Source of the DNA: an uncultured Candidatus Sumerlaeota bacterium
Lineage (GTDB): Bacteria; CAYMEV01
Reading direction: 5' to 3'
Assembly: GCA_964389675.1 (NCBI GenBank)
Contig: CAYMEV010000017.1
Location: forward strand, 1 to 64,000
DNA: 64,000 nucleotides
A model generated the notes under the pieces. It was not told where the DNA came from. It searched no databases and was given only the letters and a program-made list of their open reading frames with translations. The position numbers and the translations under genes were made by a program. Positions 61,125 to 64,000 of this stretch are shown piece by piece (position 1 is the stretch's first letter; the number at the start of each line of letters is the position of its first letter).

Positions 61125-63167
61125 TTGGTGGAAAAGATGGAAAGCAGTTCAAAAAGCATCAAGAAGATAAGCATAACAAAGCGCCCTTATCTGGTTATAA
61201 GAACCTCTGGCCAGGAAAAGCAGATTATACTTGAAAAAAGCAAATATACCCTGGGAAGGGAAAACGCTGACATAATTATTGATAAAAAGAGTGTATCAAG
61301 GAAGCATGCCGAGCTTTCTGAAAACTGGGGAGGGTATGTACTTATTGACAGGAAAAGCAATAATGGTACATTTGTGAATAATAAGCAGATAACCAGCGAC
61401 CATCAGCTCAGGGATAATGACAAAATCAGACTTGGGCAGATCAATGACCCTGATCCAGTGGTCATGATATTCTATAATCCGCTATCTGCAGATTTTGGCA
61501 GTAACGGGGAAAATACAGCCAAAGAGGGATCTTCTGAAATTTCCCCTGAGTCTGAAAAGAACCTTAAAAGCCCTAAAGCCTTAAAGGAAATAAAGGATAT
61601 CAATGCCCCGATAAAACAGAGATCATTCCTGCCTGCAAATCCGCTGTATAGAATTGTAATGATTGCAGGAATCCTGTTTCTTGCCATAGGCCTGTACTTT
61701 ATCATAAAGACACTCATCATCCCTGATGCATTCAATATGAAAATCTCTGTAATAAATCCAAAAGCCCAGCATCCAGGAGGAAACATAAAGATCATGGGCA
61801 ATAATTTCTTCCCTGATAAATCAAAATATACTATTAAATTTTCCGGTTCAGAGGGCATAATACTAAATGTAACTCAAAAGGAGATATTTGCACAGATACC
61901 CAAAAAAACCGACCCTGGAGAAGTTGTCCCTGAATTATTCTATGAAGGGCATTTATTAAAAACACCTGAAATCACTGTACTTGAAAATCCTACGATCATA
62001 TCTGTCGAACCGGATATTCTATACTGCGGAGAAGAATTAACAATAAGGGGAAAAAGCTTTTCCTCCCAGATGGATGAGAATTCTGTATGCATAGGCGATA
62101 AAGATGCCAGGATGGTTTCAGCATCCCATAAGGAAATCAGCGCTGTGCTGCCTGAGTTTGAGGACATTAAACCAGGAGAAGAGATGAATGCTGTTCTCTT
62201 TGTAAAGAGCAATCTCCTGACATCAAACAGCATTGATATTAAGATCAGGAAAAGGCCTGTCATATATATCAGTCATGATTTCTTTCCTGAGAATATCAAA
62301 GACCGCTATATCCTGATAAGAAACCAGTACATAGGTCTTTTCGCCCTGGACAGCAAAGGTAAGTTCAGCACAAGAGAGGATAGAACAGGCAGCATCTGCG
62401 ATAATCTGAACAGCTTTTTCAGCCAGGAAAACAGGAATATAGACATAGGCTATATGAATGACAGCATTAATCTGATAACAGACAATATCATCGTATACAG
62501 CATACGTATAAACAGTGAAGACATTCAGCTTTACAAGGAACTTAACCCTGATGCCATGCTTGACTCTGTAAAGCTTGCAAAATGGATTGCCGCTGTACTG
62601 AAGGATTACATAAATGTCACAGTCCATAATAAGCCCCCAGAATATACGGTTTTATCTTCATACGGCGGGAGGGTCCTCGATTACATATATGATAACTTCA
62701 ATAAAAGATCCGGTGATTTCAAGGGTATTACTGAAAATTACATAAGCTCTCTCAAACCTGATTACCTTAAATACCTCAAGGAAATTGGAATAAAGATCCC
62801 TGAAAACTATTGCGATATATCAGGGAGTTATACTGGCAGGGCAGCTGATAATTTGATAAGCAGGCCCATCAGCACAGGCTATATCTCAATAGTACTTAAT
62901 ATTCAGCCTGCAGGCAATAAAATCATTATATCCCACAAGATGTCCCTTGAAAAGACTGAAGATTCCGGTGTTTTTTCCCAGGAGGCCACAAGGAACATAG
63001 GGACATTCAGGATCCATGACCTTGATGTTTTTGAACCATATGTCTCTTTTTCAATAAACCTGGAAGGCTCTTCTGTAAGGTTTAACGGTACAATCATGGA
63101 TAATGGCATACAGGGCACTTTTGCAAGATCAAACAAGCAGACAGGAAAATTTGTTGTAAAAAAATAA
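61125..63167 (+). CDS. Bitopic membrane protein: N-terminal FHA, one TM, IPT/TIG-like repeats
   Basis: LGR...D......VSRKHA...D..S.NGTFVN; TM IVMIAGILFLAIGLYFII; P.I..V.P....GEELTI.G..F repeats. Confidence 0.8.
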   Translation: MVEKMESSSKSIKKISITKRPYLVIRTSGQEKQIILEKSKYTLGRENADIIIDKKSVSRKHAELSENWGGYVLIDRKSNNGTFVNNKQITSDHQLRDNDKIRLGQINDPDPVVMIFYNPLSADFGSNGENTAKEGSSEISPESEKNLKSPKALKEIKDINAPIKQRSFLPANPLYRIVMIAGILFLAIGLYFIIKTLIIPDAFNMKISVINPKAQHPGGNIKIMGNNFFPDKSKYTIKFSGSEGIILNVTQKEIFAQIPKKTDPGEVVPELFYEGHLLKTPEITVLENPTIISVEPDILYCGEELTIRGKSFSSQMDENSVCIGDKDARMVSASHKEISAVLPEFEDIKPGEEMNAVLFVKSNLLTSNSIDIKIRKRPVIYISHDFFPENIKDRYILIRNQYIGLFALDSKGKFSTREDRTGSICDNLNSFFSQENRNIDIGYMNDSINLITDNIIVYSIRINSEDIQLYKELNPDAMLDSVKLAKWIAAVLKDYINVTVHNKPPEYTVLSSYGGRVLDYIYDNFNKRSGDFKGITENYISSLKPDYLKYLKEIGIKIPENYCDISGSYTGRAADNLISRPISTGYISIVLNIQPAGNKIIISHKMSLEKTEDSGVFSQEATRNIGTFRIHDLDVFEPYVSFSINLEGSSVRFNGTIMDNGIQGTFARSNKQTGKFVVKK

Positions 63168-63195
63168 TTGACAAATATTTCTATTTGATAAGAAT
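63168..63195 (+). promoter_or_regulatory. Probable promoter of the riboswitch/btuB-like transcript
   Basis: TTGACA followed by TGATAAGAAT at a suitable spacing. Confidence 0.5.
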
Positions 63196-63204
63196 AGAAA
63201 ATAT

Positions 63205-63335
63205 AAAAAAGGGAAGACGGTGCAAATCCGTCACGGCCCCGCCGCTGTAAGCGAGGACGAAAGCTGCATAAAGCCACTGGGTCAAGCCCGGGAAGGCGCA
63301 GTAATTAGGATGATCCGCAAGTCAGAATACCTTCT
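63205..63335 (+). ncRNA. Cobalamin riboswitch
   Basis: AGGGAA-GACGGTGCAAATCCGTC-ACGGCCCCGCCGCTGTAA...GCCACTGG...CCGGGAAGGC...AAGTCAGAATACC (B12 box), upstream of a TonB-dependent receptor. Confidence 0.92.
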
Positions 63336-63380
63336 GTCAAATACTTCTTCGAGGGAGGAAGCTGATAATGGATATCATAT

Positions 63381-63413
63381 CCCGACTTTCACCCTGGGAG
63401 GCCGGGTTTTTTT
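63381..63413 (+). terminator. Riboswitch expression-platform terminator
   Basis: CCCGACTTTC-loop-GGAGGCCGGG-TTTTTTT. Confidence 0.7.
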
Positions 63414-63520
63414 ATTTTTAAAGACAATTAAAAAAACCTGGGAAGTCGGGTTTTTTTATTAAAGACAATTAAAAAAACCTGGGAGGCCATGTTTTTTTGT
63501 TTTAGATAAAAATTAATAAA
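63393..63520 (+). repeat. Three imperfect tandem copies of a 41-44 bp unit
   Basis: CCTGGGA(g/a)G(c/t)C..GTTTTTTT..TT.AAAGACAATTAAAAAAA; units start at 63393, 63437 and 63478. Confidence 0.85.
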
Positions 63521-63532
63521 GGAGTTTTTCCA

Positions 63533-64000
63533 ATGAGAAGAGTCTTAATAATCATTCTCGGGGTGATTACAGCGGTATCTTTTATTCAGGCTGAAACTGT
63601 CTATTATGATGAGGTAATAATTACATCCTCGCACATCTCAGTTCCTCTTGATAATATTTCTCCATCAGCCATAGTAATAACCAGGGAAGATATAGAAAAG
63701 AGCTGTGTAAAGGACCTGTCCAGCCTGCTCAATCTTTATTCAGGCCTTTATCTTGTAAGGAACGGCATGGATGGCCAGGCTTCATCCATGTTTATAAGAG
63801 GTGCAAGGCCGTCACACACAGCGGTCCTCTACAATGGCGTGCTTATCAATGATCCTTCTACAGTTGACGGCAGTTTTGACTTCAACAATATATCGATAGG
63901 TGAGATAGAAAGGATTGAGATAATTAAGGATTCACAGGGATCTGTCCATGGCACAAATGCAATGGGCGGAGTTATAAACATTATTTCCAGGGAATCTTCC
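63533..64000 (+). CDS. btuB: TonB-dependent receptor (BtuB-like), truncated by the window end
   Basis: Not in the ORF track. Manual translation: signal peptide, DEVIITS TonB box, VITREDIE, FIRG, VLYNGV.IND, IERIEII, GTNAMGGVINII plug motifs; AAGGAG RBS; B12 riboswitch upstream. Confidence 0.85.
   Translation, partial: MRRVLIIILGVITAVSFIQAETVYYDEVIITSSHISVPLDNISPSAIVITREDIEKSCVKDLSSLLNLYSGLYLVRNGMDGQASSMFIRGARPSHTAVLYNGVLINDPSTVDGSFDFNNISIGEIERIEIIKDSQGSVHGTNAMGGVINIISRESS

Noticed and set aside
63220-63462. 80 aa ORF (and 62903-63277 on the minus strand)
   Set aside because: Overlaps the cobalamin riboswitch and terminator; no RBS or protein-like features.
63393-63520. Tandem ~42 bp repeats as a possible mini CRISPR array
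   Set aside because: The units are contiguous with no unique spacers, are homopolymer-rich, and no cas genes are nearby; they fit a duplicated terminator.

Overview
AT-rich, gene-dense chromosomal window from an anaerobic diderm bacterium (GT9, OmpA, TonB-dependent receptor). I found no mobile element, CRISPR array, rRNA or tRNA. The centrepiece is an ~11.4 kb minus-strand operon (26512->15163): korD-korA-korB-korC-hdrC-hdrB-hdrA-mvhD-[FeS protein]-[fumarate-reductase-like flavoprotein]-mvhG-mvhA. It joins a 2-oxoacid:ferredoxin oxidoreductase, a heterodisulfide reductase/[NiFe] hydrogenase bifurcation module and a soluble, anchor-less Frd-like pair, and an exact FNR-type palindrome lies upstream. 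Other notable content: a chemoreceptor (MCP) fused to a C-terminal family-5 solute-binding domain and coupled to an HD phosphohydrolase; two large P-loop/TPR signalling proteins (tandem adenylate cyclase; Ser/Thr kinase); two FHA proteins; a dnaK-hsp20-dnaJ-hspR-degP operon with a HAIR-like operator and no grpE; selB; a dynamin-like GTPase next to plsY-gpsA; two tandem membrane alkaline-phosphatase-superfamily genes with a GT9; and a cobalamin riboswitch with a triplicated terminator-like unit ahead of a truncated btuB-like gene. All calls come from motif recognition by eye; no database searches were run.
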